Assembly (NCBI GenBank): GCA_951406725.2
Contig: OX597816.1
Coordinates: 36,580,001 to 36,644,000 of the forward strand
Origin: Octopus vulgaris
Lineage: Eukaryota
DNA length: 64,000 bases
Direction of reading: 5' to 3'
Shown here: piece after piece, positions 25,047 through 39,119 of the stretch
How positions within the stretch are numbered: the stretch's first letter is position 1
Layout: each line of letters opens with the position of its first letter
The notes under the pieces: model-generated
The model's input: the letters and a program-made list of their open reading frames with translations, nothing else
Told to the model about the DNA's origin: nothing
The model's database searches: none
Made by a program: the position numbers and the translations under genes

Positions 25047-28000
25047 ACTACTGAAGACAGCTGAAATACGTCTGTTAATATGGTTGTTGTTGCTGTGCTT
25101 GCTTAGTCTGACTTTGGCCTTCACCCAGAAGGATTATATGTAAAAGAGTTCCAGTCACGTACATTACAACTTCTGTACAGAAAGTCTTTACTGTTATCTA
25201 CATTATATACGATGTATTTTTCATTGAGGATGGGTGCGTATAATGTGAAGGAAACATTCTATTACTACTATCTTACATCCCTCAGCAAGTAACTATATAC
25301 CTATCTTATTTTCTGTATTTGAAATTTTCCATACACTGGGAGCTGATGTGAAATTAAAATATCACATAATCAAACACTTCCATCAAATCCCCCCCCCCCC
25401 AGTGTGAAATCTCAGAATTGGTAGTATAATTATCAGACTAAACTCACATTCACAACATTCTCAAAATGTTAAATGAAGAACTAAATTTTCTCTCCAATTC
25501 TAGAAAATGCTTAAGTTCTGAATATTTAAAATCAACTGTAAAATCTTGGTATGTATGGAGTATGTTCGCACGTATGGTAAGTTCCTTCTAAAATATATAA
25601 ACACATTTCCTTACTATCCAGTAGTTGATAGATGCTTCATTTCTTCTCCGCAATTCTTTTGCCTAAGCTAAATTAAGAGCGTTTGTCGCCCTAGACTAGA
25701 ATGTTCTTTCTCTAATTCATACCGACAAACAAATTCACCAAATGTTGACTATTTCTTATCTTATAAACCTAAATTGCAGGTACTCAACTTCTTTTACAGA
25801 TATTTGGAGATATTTAAGTAATATTACCAGTTTCATTCCCTCTAAAAAGTGCATCCCGGAGCAATGTTAGAAATTAAGCTTAATGTAGAGGAAAATGAAC
25901 TAAAAAAATTATTCGCTCATAGTAAAATGTGGACTGTGGGAGTAAGCCCATCGCTCCTGTTCATAGCGACATTAGCAGCGCCAACCGATTGTTTACCACT
26001 CTTAAATTATCCCCTATCACTGTCAGATTATTGCCGAACGTTATATGTTAATTTTATAATCTCTGAAAATGACAAGTAATACTTCACTGGAAGGATTAAC
26101 TGGTAGAAATGGTACACCTATTGGAGCGACCAAAAGTTTAATAATTTAAAATGAAAATATTAATTGTACCTTCCTGAAAAAACCCTGACACACACAAATT
26201 TAACCGACTTATACCTTGTATTTGTAGTAAATGCTACAAAACTCACTGGATTTACAAGTATGGGATCGTGAGTTCCAATCCCGGAATGGCCAGTATGACG
26301 CTTGAGTGGGGCAATTCATTTCAAGTACCTCTCACCTACTAATTTGAAAATTAGTACTGGTGCAGTTATGTCTAGCGCTTAGGTTCACATCCTTGATGTG
26401 CCACTCGGTCAAGAATGGGAGGATGAAGATGTTTCCCAAATTTCTGATTATATAGGCAGCTAAAACAATCAGCAACGGCATGGAGCATGCTGCTATATTA
26501 TACTAGATGTCTTTGGTTTTTGAGACGAGTGTTGAATGTATATTGACCTACTAATAAACTTTTATACTTATAGAGTGATGCTCATATATAAAAGTTGGGT
26601 TTGATACTAACAAATTATCTTTCATACTTAGTATGTGGAACTCATGACTACTGCTACAGCTATATTTATGATCACTTTGTTGGAGCTAAGAATCTGCTTA
26701 CACATTTCTTGCATGCAATGGCAATTACTCAGGAAATATAACGACAAATTTCTATTCTCCCCACAGAGACATCAATCACAGTGATTACAAACTTTCAGAG
26801 TATATTCATATCATCTTGTGTTGTAGTTAAATGTTATCGTTTCTATTCGTAAATTACATGTAACAAAAAGCATTAAGCTTTCAGATGGTGTTAAATTAAT
26901 ACCTGCATTTCCCTGAACATTTAATATAATACTGTCCAGTCACATTCAGGTCATTTACTCTTTAAGATTTAACATTGTTTCAAATAGGGAAACTAACTAA
27001 CATCGTTTCCGAAAAGTGTTTCTAAACTTTATTCATTAGTTTTATTGTAGGGAATATATAACATTTGTGTCATTTATGTTCGTTTACTATTATTTACAAT
27101 ATTCTCTGTGCTATTATAATGTGTCAGATCATTGAATGTATTCTAATGGAGTGACGGAAGTGGAGATGATAGTATATGTTGAAAAGTAGATAATTATGAA
27201 CGATAAAGCCAAAAGTCATTATATTTTGTAATATATTTAAAGGAGTTGAGTCGTTGTAATCATGGTTTTTCGACGATTCATACTAACGCAATTTCTACTG
27301 TTGTTGGTCAACAAATAAAGACTGGCGCATATATAAGCAAATATGAGGGAGAAGGAATGTGGCAGGTAGGTAATTACAAAGAGTAAACATTTTGGTTAGA
27401 TATTTAGTAAAGATGATTGAAGGAGGTTGGTCCACGAGTGAAATGAGGAGTATACCAGGGGATGACATTTTCAGGTTTTCATTGAGGCGATCAGAGGCCA
27501 TGATATTAAGAACCGATTGAGAAAGGGAAGCATTAAATCTGTTAATGTTGATGATGGAATCTTAATACATCCCTTAACTGGGTATATATTGTATAGCTCA
27601 AGAATGTAATGTTGTTGTTTAGGCCCAGGACAGTCCTGACATTATCAACCACCTTATGAACAATCATATTTCAGCAGTAAAAAATTCACCTAATTTTCCT
27701 TGTTCTACATCGAGAATAACATTGTCCAATATGTAGTTTCTACTTTTAATAGGAAAGACTGTAATAGGAAAGACAGTTAGATGCTGTTTCTAGCATATCT
27801 AAGGAAAAAGAAAAGGTAAACTTTAGACTGTTTGTATACCTAACAATAGGAAGAATCTATATATATATGAACTATACTATAGAATGAGTTTTTCTGGGCT
27901 ATGTAGATTTTTAGCAACTGATCATGGCAACATAATGTCCTGCCTCTAATTCAAAATCCGGAGGTTTGTTTTGAAATTGCTGTAATTCGAGTGAGTTTGA

Positions 28001-28629
28001 CACAGTAAACTATATTGTGGGGTCTAATATGTGTAAAGAAAGAGGATTTTTCATTCTTGTTAGTCCTTAAAGACTGAATCAAGGGATGTAATATATTTTC
28101 TGCGAATCTTTGGCATTTTAATTTCAGAAGTCATTCCATTGCCAGAGTAAGTATTGACCAGGAATTTCAAAGAGCTCCAATATCCAATATTACCGAGCTT
28201 CAATGTTTTAATCGTTTAACATCAAAGATAAGCAAAAAAAAAATACGGGCTGGTAATTCCCAAGTGAGGAGATTTCTTGGAGTATAATCTTTCCACATAG
28301 GTAAAATCTCTACATCGTTTCAAAACCATAATTTATGCTTGGCCAACATTTTAAGTTTTAAATTTATACCTTCAATATTTGTCGATTCTAGTTTCAACGG
28401 GATAACAATTTGTGTATAAGGTTCATATAATCCATTTATAAAGTATTTTTAGTGTTGATAAGTAAATGAAATGTGTCTTCTTCCACGTTTGGTAAATTGT
28501 CAAAATTAGGGAATAAGTTTAGATGTCAGTTGATATAGATACACATGCAAGCGAATCTCGCATACTCATTCACACACTCGCATACATAAATTATTCTTGC
28601 ACTATTATTTCAGATTACATACATACATA

Positions 28630-29180
28630 CATGGTGGCTGCCCCCTCGTTATCGAGTATGGCCATTGCACGAAGCTTAATCAATGTTGTTATCGTGAAAT
28701 GCCTGTGCAAGAAGATTTTTTTTTAAGTGAGGAAAGGCTGTGCACTGAGTCAATCTCACTCACTAAGCAACAGAAGCCATAATCCGAAAAGAAGAACAAG
28801 TTAACATCATCGGTAACCACTGAGCCGCAGGTTTTATGTCGGAGTTATCCCAGTTACCTGAGTTGCCTTCTCCTAGAAGGATGCCCTGACAAAGGCTAGG
28901 AGTCCTACACTCCCAAAGGTTTAACTGCGCGATCGGGTATTCAATCCGATTATTTCTATGTCCCCGCGCATGATACAGCTTTAAGACATTTATTGGATGG
29001 CTGTTGACTCAAGAGTTCCTCCGCTCTTTGACGGGTTTTGTTTTTCATCCCGCAGGGTGACCAATACACACCCTCCTCACCAAGCGAGCTTGGTGGGGTC
29101 GCCGGTTTAGTCGCCGACGACCATATGCAACAGGTAGTACTGGGTTACATATTACCAGTAACTCTCGAAAGTGACCTGAC
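28630..29180 (-). mobile_element. Short non-autonomous RTE-derived element (5' UTR plus 3' tail)
   Basis: About 550 bp, GC-richer than the flanks; RTE-UTR-like gttgccttctcctag..aaggctagg and ttagtcgccgacgac; minus-strand tail ggccatactc..ggcagccacc(atgt)n; (CATA)n on both sides. Confidence 0.6.
29102..29152 (-). ncRNA. Candidate HDV-like ribozyme
   Basis: P1 atatgta/tgcatat; P2 ccagt/accgg (one mismatch); short P3 ac/gt; cc-gg P1.1; P4 tcg..cga; J4/2 CUAA; P3 and L3 are non-canonical. Confidence 0.35.
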
Positions 29181-29233
29181 ATACATACATACATACATGC
29201 ATACATACATACATACATACATACATACATACA

Positions 29234-29267
<34 letters not shown>

Positions 29268-29302
29268 CATATACACACACATACATACATACAAATACAC
29301 TT

Positions 29303-29600
29303 ATTGAGTCATCCTATAAGTAATGCCGTTTTTTTATGCTTCTTTTATTTTTCAAAATTAAGATAAAGGAACTGCTTTTTTAGTCTAAAATATATTCTCC
29401 TTCATTCTCTACAATGCTCTTCCATTTACCAGGTAGACCAGGCAAGACCTCTCTTTCAAAATTCACTTTTCTGTGACGAAAAATACTCCTCCACTATTAT
29501 TCTGACATCGTCGACAGAATTCCTATTCTTACGTCCAAATGATTTTGAAGAATGCAGAATAAGTGATAATCAGGCTACTAAACCTAGGATTTCGAGTACG
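29303..29600 (-). mobile_element. mariner transposase C-terminal remnant with terminal inverted repeat
   Basis: Minus strand DYHL..., EEYFSSQKSEF, LPGKWKSIVENEGEYILD*; terminus tattgagtcatcctataagtaatgc. Confidence 0.75.
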
Positions 29601-29618
29601 ATTCCAGCCAGTAATCTG

Positions 29619-29635
29619 AATAATAATAATAATAA

Positions 29636-29710
<75 letters not shown>
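29619..29710. repeat. (TAA)n(TAG)n microsatellite
   Basis: Direct inspection. Confidence 0.95.
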
Positions 29711-29768
29711 CAGGTGTAGCAGCAGAAAATACCTTAGGAATGAAAACCTAGGTCCGAAATTCCCCCCG

Positions 29769-29814
29769 GACACCTGATGAAAGCTGCAGATTACATCAGC
29801 CGAAACGTTGTGTC
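29769..29814 (+). ncRNA. Minimal type I hammerhead (PLE pseudo-LTR type)
   Basis: gacac-CTGATGA-aagctgcagattacatcagcc-GAAA-cg-TT-gtgtc; stem I perfect 5 bp; palindromic AACGTT stem III. Confidence 0.8.
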
Positions 29815-29899
29815 AACAACAAACAAGATGAGGACAAATATCCGTCAAATGTAAATAACGTACATAATTAATTATCTCTCAAATATATATATATATGTA

Positions 29900-29945
<46 letters not shown>

Positions 29946-31046
29946 TGTGTGTGCGTGCGTGTGTAGCTTTTTCAAAAATTTAATCCGTTGGTACCTACAA
30001 TTCTAAAACAAATGCAGCTGAATTTGGGGTAATATACATATAATACATTCTAGCTACATGTCGTGAATGATCCAGGTTTTATTATTAATTGTAGTCGACT
30101 CTTATACAAAAATAAATATGTACGCTCACATTTTAGTTAATTTCTTTGTGAAGTTTTAGAAGTTGTTCAACATTATTCCGATGTTATAATTAATGGTAGT
30201 CTTAGCTGCGTATCATTGATTGGTATAAGTGCATTACTAGTATTTTATTTAACATTAGAGTGAAGCGAGTATAAGGGCCATATATTTAATTGGACCAGGA
30301 TTAAGATGTCCGTTTGTTATTATTGTCAGTTTGTCTGGATAATGCTGTTTAACAGAATTACTAGGTTGCAGCTTAGTATGACGGATTTGTGAGAAATAGT
30401 AAATGGAGTTTATCTTCATCATGAAAAAATACTATGGTTAAATATGTGACTATATAATTTTATTTGAAACCATTTTATCCGAGAAAGCTTAAAATTGAAA
30501 GCAAATCAAATTATATATGGAAATTGGAGAATGTTTTCAAAATGAAAAAAATAATTTTAAAAGGAAAAGTAACAGAGATAAACAAACTTATCTATAAAAC
30601 AGATATCATTATAGATTGTGGCTATAAAAAGTGAATATAATCTTCTGATTTACAATTCATTTTAGAAGTTCAAATTGAAATCATAGAAGTATTTTTTGAT
30701 GAAAAAGTTTTCGAAAGTAAATTCATAGAAGTGAACTTAATGAAAATAGTATAAATATACGAAAATAAATAGAATCACAGACAGACGATCTCAAGATTTG
30801 TGAAATAAAAAAAAACCTCACTTTGAAACAGTTGGACTACTCTAGTGAATATAAATTCTGTAAAGAAATTAAACATTGGTGATGATTGTGTCTCTTAAGT
30901 AAACTTCTTATGTTAAGAAGAAGGCGCTGGAGTATATCTACAAACTGGACATCTACGAATTGTACAAAACGAAAATCATGAAAAGTAAATACTCGTGTTG
31001 TTCATCCGAAATGTGCGTGTAGGTGTATGTATGTTTATATATATTT

Positions 31047-31116
<70 letters not shown>

Positions 31117-31479
31117 ACAGGTATCTAATCTTCCTAACGTAGTTCAAGAGATGACAGTTTCGCGCATTTACACTTTCTGTTCAGTCATTTATGTAACATT
31201 TTAGACGGTTAACGAACAAGAAAAATATACGCAGTAATGTTTTATGTTCTATTTCTCTTGCTTATTCTACCTTAGACACACACATACGCACACAAACACA
31301 CAAATACAAGCACACAAACGCACACACACACAAGCGCACACACACACACAAACACACGCATGTATACATGTATCATATGCATATACCATGATAAACCGTT
31401 TAATCCCTACATATTTTATTCTGTCTCTGTTTTTTCGTTCTCTCCCCATTTTTCTCTGTCATCCCTTTCTATAGAAAAG

Positions 31480-31880
31480 CGTAGGCTCCAAAAGTCAAAG
31501 ACGTATTCATATAGAGGCTCAGGCCGACGCCTTACGAGTGAATTTGGGAGACAAGAGCTGAAGAAGTGTGTGGTATACTTACACACACCGATATATCTGT
31601 GTGCCTGTATGTATGTATATATGCATGTATGTGTGTGTCTGTGCCTATTTGTGTGTGTGCATGTCTTTGTATCTCTTTGTTCACCACCGCCGTTTCACAG
31701 CCAGCGTTGTTTTGTTTACTTCCCCGCACCTAGCGCTTCTGCAAAAGGGTCCGATAAAATAAGTAGAAGGTTTTTTAAAAAATCAGTACTTGGTCTATTC
31801 GTTAGACTAAAATTCTTCAAGGTGGTGCCTCAAAATTATCTTAATCTAATGATTGATACAAAAATATAAGAGATAAAAGA
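31480..31880 (+). mobile_element. Degenerate SINE (family of 59775)
   Basis: tataga ggctcaggccgac..ttacgagtgaatttgggagacaagagctgaagaag, internal (TG)n, ccgataaaataagtag..aaggtggtgcctc. Confidence 0.6.
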
Positions 31881-31882
31881 AA

Positions 31883-31895
31883 TAGACAGACAGAC

Positions 31896-31991
<96 letters not shown>
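31883..31991. repeat. (GACA)n(GATA)n microsatellite; another (GATA)n run at 32411-32474
   Basis: Direct inspection; the dimeric SINE at 31994 sits between the two runs. Confidence 0.95.
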
Positions 31992-31993
31992 GA

Positions 31994-32408
31994 AAGCTGC
32001 AAGCTGGCAGAAACGTTAGCACGCCGAGCGAAATGTGTAGCAGTATTTCGTCTGCCGTTACGTTCTGAGTTCAAATTCCGCTGAGGTAGACTTTGCCTTT
32101 CATCCTTTCGGTGTCGATAAATTAAGTAGCAGTTACGCACTGGGGTCGATGTAATCGACTTAATCCGTTTGTCTGTCCATGTTTGTCCCTTCTGTGTTTA
32201 TCCCCTTGTGGGTAGTAAAGAAATAGGTATTTCGTCTGCCGCTACGTTTTGAGTTCAAATTACGCCGAGGTCGACTTTGCCTTTCATCCTTTCGGGGTCG
32301 ATTAAATAATTACCAGTTACCCACTGGAGTCGATATAATCGGCTTAATCCGTTTGTCTGTCGCTGTTTGTCCCCTTTGTGCGTATCCCCTTGTGAGCAGT
32401 AAAGAAAT

Positions 32409-32410
<2 letters not shown>
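31994..32410 (+). mobile_element. Dimeric SINE inserted in (GATA)n
   Basis: Two consensus units; the second lacks the 5' head. Confidence 0.9.
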
Positions 32411-32475
<65 letters not shown>

Positions 32476-33557
32476 GAGAAAGTAAGAAAGAAAATATGAA
32501 AGAAGGAAAGAAAGAAAGAAAGAAAGAAGGAAAGAAAGAGAACAGTGATATGAAACCATTTGTAAGGCTCGTGAAAAGTCCTGGCAAATGATTCTTGCCA
32601 TATATGTGTACATTGAAACACATAGAAAAATGCAAAATCCTTTCATGATATACATGTGTTTTAAGATTAAATCATTAGAAATTTATCTAGTATTTCATAG
32701 AAGACGTACACTCAAATCTTTATACATATTGGTTGGCATATTGCAGAAAGAGTGATATTGCTTCAATACTGCCCCTTAGTTGTTCGCATAACCACGGGAG
32801 GGTGGGGTTACGTAACACAAGGAATTACATTTGAATATGTTGATGTTTCTAATAAAGTATAAGGCTCTATTTTGTTCATTATGCAATTTCCCTATATGTT
32901 AACTCAAATTTTACTTATCGAGATAGCTAGAAAGATAGAGAGAGAGAGAGAGAGACAGAGGAAGAAATCTTATGTATGGAATAGGTCTCCCACTTTATAA
33001 ACACGTTCAACCAACTAGACATTTCTTCAATTTGTCAAATATCAAGCAAGGTACTAATCTGAATACAGATCATGAGTTTCTCATAGTTGCTGAAATGAAT
33101 GCTGTTGTAGAATCTGAAAATATTTCGGGCGTGGCTCTTTATCCGATACAGAAGAGAGGGAAGGTCCGGAGAGAAAGAAAAGAGTCCAAAATAACAACAC
33201 GTTTCGTTACATGGTTGAAGTGACAGGAAGTGAAATGTGTGTGTGTGTGTGTATGTGTGAATGAGTGTGTGTGTATGTACTGTTAGACATAAACTAATCC
33301 AAATATCTTTAGAGAAAATGCTGATATTATTAACAATACTAACATTAATTAATCCATCAAATCGACGTCTCTACCGAATGAATGGATATAGAACCTAAAA
33401 TCATTGTCTCACAAACACGTGTAATACATTTTACACCGTTTTATCAATTTTAGAGAAATATCTCATCTGCAAGTATTTAGCACTTAGTCATTTCTTAGAC
33501 AACGGATTTGTTTCAACCTGAAATATGGTCATATCATTGAAATAAATATTCATCAGC

Positions 33558-33646
33558 CCTAAACTAACTTGAGCAATAGAAATTACATTACTTACCTGTG
33601 CCTTAAACTAACTTGAGCAATAGCAATTATATTGCTTACTTGTGCT
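33558..33646. repeat. 44-bp tandem duplication
   Basis: taaactaacttgagcaatag(a/c)aatta(c/t)att(a/g)cttac(c/t)tgtgc occurs twice. Confidence 0.85.
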
Positions 33647-34929
33647 TTATAAGCATGATACTAAAACAGTGATGAAAATGTCAGTAAAGCTTTCTACCAA
33701 ATGGAATACAAATGAGGGATTTGATATTACTTTCAAATGAAAATTAGATCACTGAACGTCAATATACTTTCACTTTCTATACTATGCTTGGACGAGATAA
33801 AAAGGAATTCCTATCACGAATATCTAGTCTCTATTTCAGGTAAACCGTCAATTATTATACATCCAACTCCGTTGTTTCTTTCTTTTTTCTAAATATACCT
33901 TAGCGTGGGATTTCGATGCAAATTCAAACTAAGTACGCTACCATGGAGAGGAATCACCCATTACATCACAACGGAAGATGTTTTTGTTTTTTTTTTAATA
34001 GTTTAAATTACTTCTTTCGATTTCTCTGGAATGGAAATATTTACACATGATAGTGGATATATATATATGGGTGCATATGTGTGTGGGTGTACGTTTATAT
34101 ATAACAGTTTCAAGGATATTTGTAGTACCATATGATCGATATGCTACTTCAACTAATCTTAGCTAGCAGCATAGCTATACTGGCAGGATGACGACAAATA
34201 TAATCTTGTGTATGAACAAACTCGTGAATGCCATAAGGATGTTGTTTTACAAGTGAAAGTTATAATATCTAGGGTCAAAAACCATGAGGTAATCGATAAA
34301 ACGCAGCTTGGAAAAAGTAATCTGTGTAAAGAGATTTTGAATATTTTTAGTTTTATTGATTATTGCGTTGATAGCTAAGTGGTGTTTAGGATAGTTTAAC
34401 TGGAAAGCGTAAACAATTCATATCATCTTGAAATTTCATTATACATGGATATACAATTTTCTTTAAAATATTTTGGATGTTGGAAACAAACATCTAAGAG
34501 TGGCGAGGATGCATTCAAGAGAAAAATCGAATTATAAACTAAGGTAAATTTGCTATATTTAAGCTGATGTAGAATCTTCAAGTGGAAATAATTCATTTAG
34601 ATTTTCCAAGAGCAGTTGACGTATTTCGTCTCTAATATATTTTTAATTATTTTTGTTTCTGGGAAAGTTTATTCATATAGCCTGTTTTTGAAGTGTATGA
34701 ATGTGTGACAGTGGAATGGCAATGTGTATATTCAGTTGATGATAAATGATAAAACCCCCGCAGATCCGAAGGTGGGCACTCCCAAACTGGCAATACGTAG
34801 TATTCATTTTGTGAATTATATAAAGTCGGTTACTAAGTTAAGTAAAAATTTAGAATCACAAAAATTAATACACAGAAAACGATTGGAGAGGTATAGTTTG
34901 AGGCAGAGATCTTTCTTTGCTCCGTTTGT

Positions 34930-37900
34930 GGTAGGTCTTGATACATACGTTTATATCGATTGTTAGAGTGATATCAAAGACGAGGTATGATTTTTGTCTG
35001 AAGTCTTTCAATATGATGTCTGGACTATGTGCATTTATCTTTCTGATGGTTTGAATAGTGAAGTTCCATAGGAGTGAGATGTGATCATTTTCATGCACTG
35101 GAAGTGTTTTGTGTTCCCACCAATTTTTATCATGGGGCAAATCCAGGTTTTTGCAGATTACCCAGTGAATATATTGTGCAGTTCTATCATGCCAGTTAGA
35201 TACACTGTAGGCGCAAGAAGACTGCTCATGGAGACAACATGATCAATGGTTTCACTTTGTTGTTGACATACACGGCATGTTGGGAAGCTGCCGATCTTTA
35301 ATATGTTGGCCTGGTAGTTCCTTGTAGGTAGGTATTGGTCTTGGGCTGCTATGATAAACCCTTCTGTTTTAGATTTTATGCCAGAAGCCATTAGCCATTG
35401 ATGGGTAAGGGCTTTGTCAACATCGGCATTATTCGCTCTCTTTGGGTATTATCCATTGAGAGGTTTTTCTTGCCACTTAGTCAGAATATCTATGGCAGCA
35501 GTTTTAGCACGGGTCTTCATGCGCTTGGCTTTTTCTGCACTAGTTTCTAGTCTGTCTAATTCTGGAATTTGTTTTATTTGGAATTCACTTAGATATTCCT
35601 TTGCTTGTTTTGTTACTGAGTACGATTCTTTCTTGTTTTCATGTTTTGAGACGAGTTTTAACATCCAGTCCTCGGAGTTTTTCAGGTAGGTGTCTAGGCC
35701 AATTGGGGAAATCTTCATTGTCAATGCCAATCGTAAAAGCCGAAGCCTCCCAGTTTTCTTGGCAGATAAAGTCTTTCTATATCTGCCTTAGGGTGGTGTA
35801 TTCTATGCATTGTCAACAGTTTTCGTATTTTTCTGTCAAGATTACATATTTCAGTAATTGACTAGTTAATGATATTGAAATTGTATGTCACGGCTTGTAA
35901 GGCTAAAGCATTGATCGCTTCGATCCTGTTACTTTTTTAAGTACGATAACATTCTTTTCTGATCCTTTCTCTCATCATAGAATGCCTCATTCTGTTCCCT
36001 TCAAGTACCCCTAGGTACTTGTAGCTCTCCTCTGGTTCTACCTCTTTTATGATATTCAAATGGTCATGGTTAATGTTAGATGTTTCTCTCGCATTTCCTT
36101 TGATAAAGGTAGCTTTTTCACATTTATCGAGGCCAAATTGCATTCTGATGTCATCACTGAATTGTTTAACAATCGCTAGTAAGCCCTTGAGTTGTTGGTC
36201 ATTTTTTGCAAAGAGCTTTAAATCATCCATGTAAATGAGAGGATTTATTTGTTTATCAAACATTTTATAACAATACTGTGCATCATTGAGCAATTTTGAG
36301 AGAGGTATTAAAGCTAGACAAAAGAGGAGTGGTGATAGTGAATCACCCAGGAAAATGCCACATGAAACTTTTACATCTCCAGCATTTAGAGATTCATTGC
36401 CACTGTTCAAAGTCAGTGTCGTTCTTCATGGTTTCATACTTACAGACAAAAAGACTTCCATTTGCTTGACCTCCTGAAAGCAGATTTTATATCTTCAACC
36501 TTGACACCCTCCTCTAATGAGTCTAAGTCTGTTGATATTCTATCAATCCAAGGGCCTTTTTATTGTGTGTTTCCTCTTCTGTCCAAATTGTATTCCCAAA
36601 TTCCTATACTTCTTCTTTTGATGGGACAGACTTTACTACAACTGGTGTTTTCCCTATCTTCCTCTACAACATTTTGAGATTATTTTTGGATATGTTTTTG
36701 TCCTTGAAGAATCTAACGCACTTTTCATACCTTGCTATGCGGGTAGCTTTAACAATACCATTTGCCATGTGGTTTCTATGGTGGCATCAATGTTAGGTAT
36801 GGTTTTCATATTATATCTTTTCTTTAATTTTCGGATTTTTGTAGTTTTGGCAGTCTTGTCAAACTTAAGGTTTTTCAAACATTCTATGTAAGACTTGAGT
36901 AGCTGAATATGGTGTTGAATATGCTCTTGCCAAGAAAGCCTTTTGTGGGAATGTTTTCGTTTTCTAATCTTTTCACTACATAGAATCGTTGAGATTTTCG
37001 CGGATGTATAATAGAGGTGGTTGAGATCTGTGATATCAACATCATTAGCTGATGTTATATCCTTAAGTGCAAGGCAGAATTTATCAATTATTTTTCAGGT
37101 TTTGTTTAGAATTGCGACTTTTTGGGAGAGTAATGTGTTCATTCATACTGGTTTCTTTAATTTTCAGCCATTGAATCATGATTTGATTTTTTCGATCATG
37201 TGGTTCTGTTGCGTCGATATTTTTGTGATTTTCTTCATGTATTTGATTTTCATTTGCCTTAATGTTTGTTTGGTTCAGAGAATATTTTACTTTACCTATC
37301 AGTTACTTTTTCAATCATTACTGCGTTTTCACAAGCTCCGGGCTGATCTAAAAGTATTTCCTCTGTAGTATCTTCTTTAGCTGCAGCTTCGTATGTTTTA
37401 TCCCCTACTGCTTGTTTAATGTGGTCAATATCTACTTCTGTTAGTATTTGTTTTTCATAATGTTTCTTCTGACGTTGGCAAGCTTGTTACTGTCTATATA
37501 GGGTCTTAATTCAGGGTGTTTCTGTCTCCAGTTTAAGTAGGTTTCTACAGTATTAGATTTATTTGTTGGGAAATATATGGCATGGTAGAAGGCTGTAAGA
37601 ACTTCTTTATTATCTTCCCTAGAACATTTTCATTCTTTTTCTTTTGGTTATTTGATAACGAGCATTGACGACCATCTGTTGTAATATTCCGTTGTTGGGT
37701 ACTTCCAGCTCCTGTGTGTCGGGAAGATTTGAACCAGTAGCTGATTTTTCGTGTCGAATCTGGTTCAACATTCGAGTACGTGGTCCTTTGTAATCCGGTT
37801 GGTGACAATTCCGGTTTGTATTTTGCTTTGTTAACAGTGAGACATGACAAGCTTTGACGTTGACATTAGGGGACCTGATCAGTCTGTTTAGGATTAATTT

Positions 37901-38250
37901 TATGAAACAACACCGTCTCCGAGATCTCTATATTGCTCGTAACGTAGCTTTTTAAGGCTAACAGATCTATATCGCGTACGTGGCCCTTTTTGATCCGGTG
38001 GAAAATTGATCTGGTTCGTATTTTGCTTTGTTATCATTGAGGCATAACGAGCTTCGACGTTGACATTAGGGGACGGATTTGTCTGTTTAGGGTCAATTTT
38101 TTGAGACAACACCGCCACCGAGTTCTCTGCATGTAAACATTGCTCGTAACGTAGATTCTTAACGCTAACAGATCTATATTCGTCTGTATTTTTTGTTGAT
38201 ATATTTATCTCCGAGCATATTTCTTTTGTGGTGTTTTAAAACTTATGAAT
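34930..38250 (-). mobile_element. R4/Dong-clade RLE non-LTR retrotransposon, decayed and internally deleted
   Basis: RT GIFLGDSLSPLLFCLALIPL..YMDDLKLFAKN..FGLDKC..YKYLG; CCHC-like CRVCQQQSETIDHVVS; REL endonuclease LLWNFTIQT..SPDIILKD..FDIT. Confidence 0.9.
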
Positions 38251-38254
38251 GGTT

Positions 38255-38783
38255 CACTCTCTATGTGTTAGTTCGAGAAATGAAAATAAAAATAAAAAAG
38301 TTTTCTTTTTGTTTTTGCTTCGTTTGTGACACGCGATTTAATATGCGTGTGTGTCCTGTTAATTGTACGTAGTTGTATAAACGTTGAGTTGCATGTGTAG
38401 TCCTATGGGTATCATAATGTATATAAAATAGAATAAAGGGGAATAAGGAAAGGAAATTCACAGTGACAATGCTCTTCTCTATACGTGTGACATACCAGTT
38501 AAGACAATCTTTTGCACTTCCTACATGGATAGTAATCCAAGGATCATTCTTAAATAATTTCCAGTTACTTTTTTGATCATTCCAAATGCTCCTATAACCA
38601 CTGGTATTGTAACTGTCTTGATATGCCACATCTTTCGAATTCGATTACCAAATCTTATATTTTCTGAGCTTATCAAATTCTTTTGCCGAAATTCTTATGG
38701 TCACAGTCAATCGATAAACATACTTTATTGTTTTGGTCTTTCACAGCAATATCCGGGTTATTTGCATTGATCTGGTCTATACA
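38255..38783 (-). mobile_element. 5'-truncated R4/Dong copy (REL domain, C-terminus and 3' UTR)
   Basis: NANNPDIAVKDQNNKVCLSID and MWHIKTVTIPVVIGAFGMIKK; bounded by (TTA)n at 38785-38814. Confidence 0.8.
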
Positions 38784-38815
<32 letters not shown>

Positions 38816-38816
<1 letters not shown>

Positions 38817-39060
38817 ATGTTTGGGCTTTGCTTTGTATTTGTACTCCAAGTCTCATCCATTGACCTCAAGAGGCAAGTTAGAAGTTCAAGCTGGTGTTAA
38901 GATTGAGGTGTCATATATTTTTTAATTTTGTACAGAGTATTGTTCTCGAGGATGTCTGTTATATTGATGAGGAGGCATGATTTTTGGCTGAAATCCGTCA
39001 ATATAATGTTTGGTCTATTTGCATCTCTTTTTCTGTCTTTTTGAACAGAAAAGTTCCCTT
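38816..39060 (-). mobile_element. R4/Dong REL-domain fragment
   Basis: ANRPNIILTDFSQKSCLLINIT, homologous to 34975-35075; bounded by (TTA)n. Confidence 0.7.
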
Positions 39061-39119
39061 ACTATTATTATTATTTTCATATAAATTCAACAGAATAGAC
39101 TGTTGAGAGAGAAAAGAAT

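Noticed and set aside
25048-25075. ctgaaga-cagct-gaaa-tacg-tc hammerhead-like string
   Set aside because: Stem II is too short and stem I does not pair.
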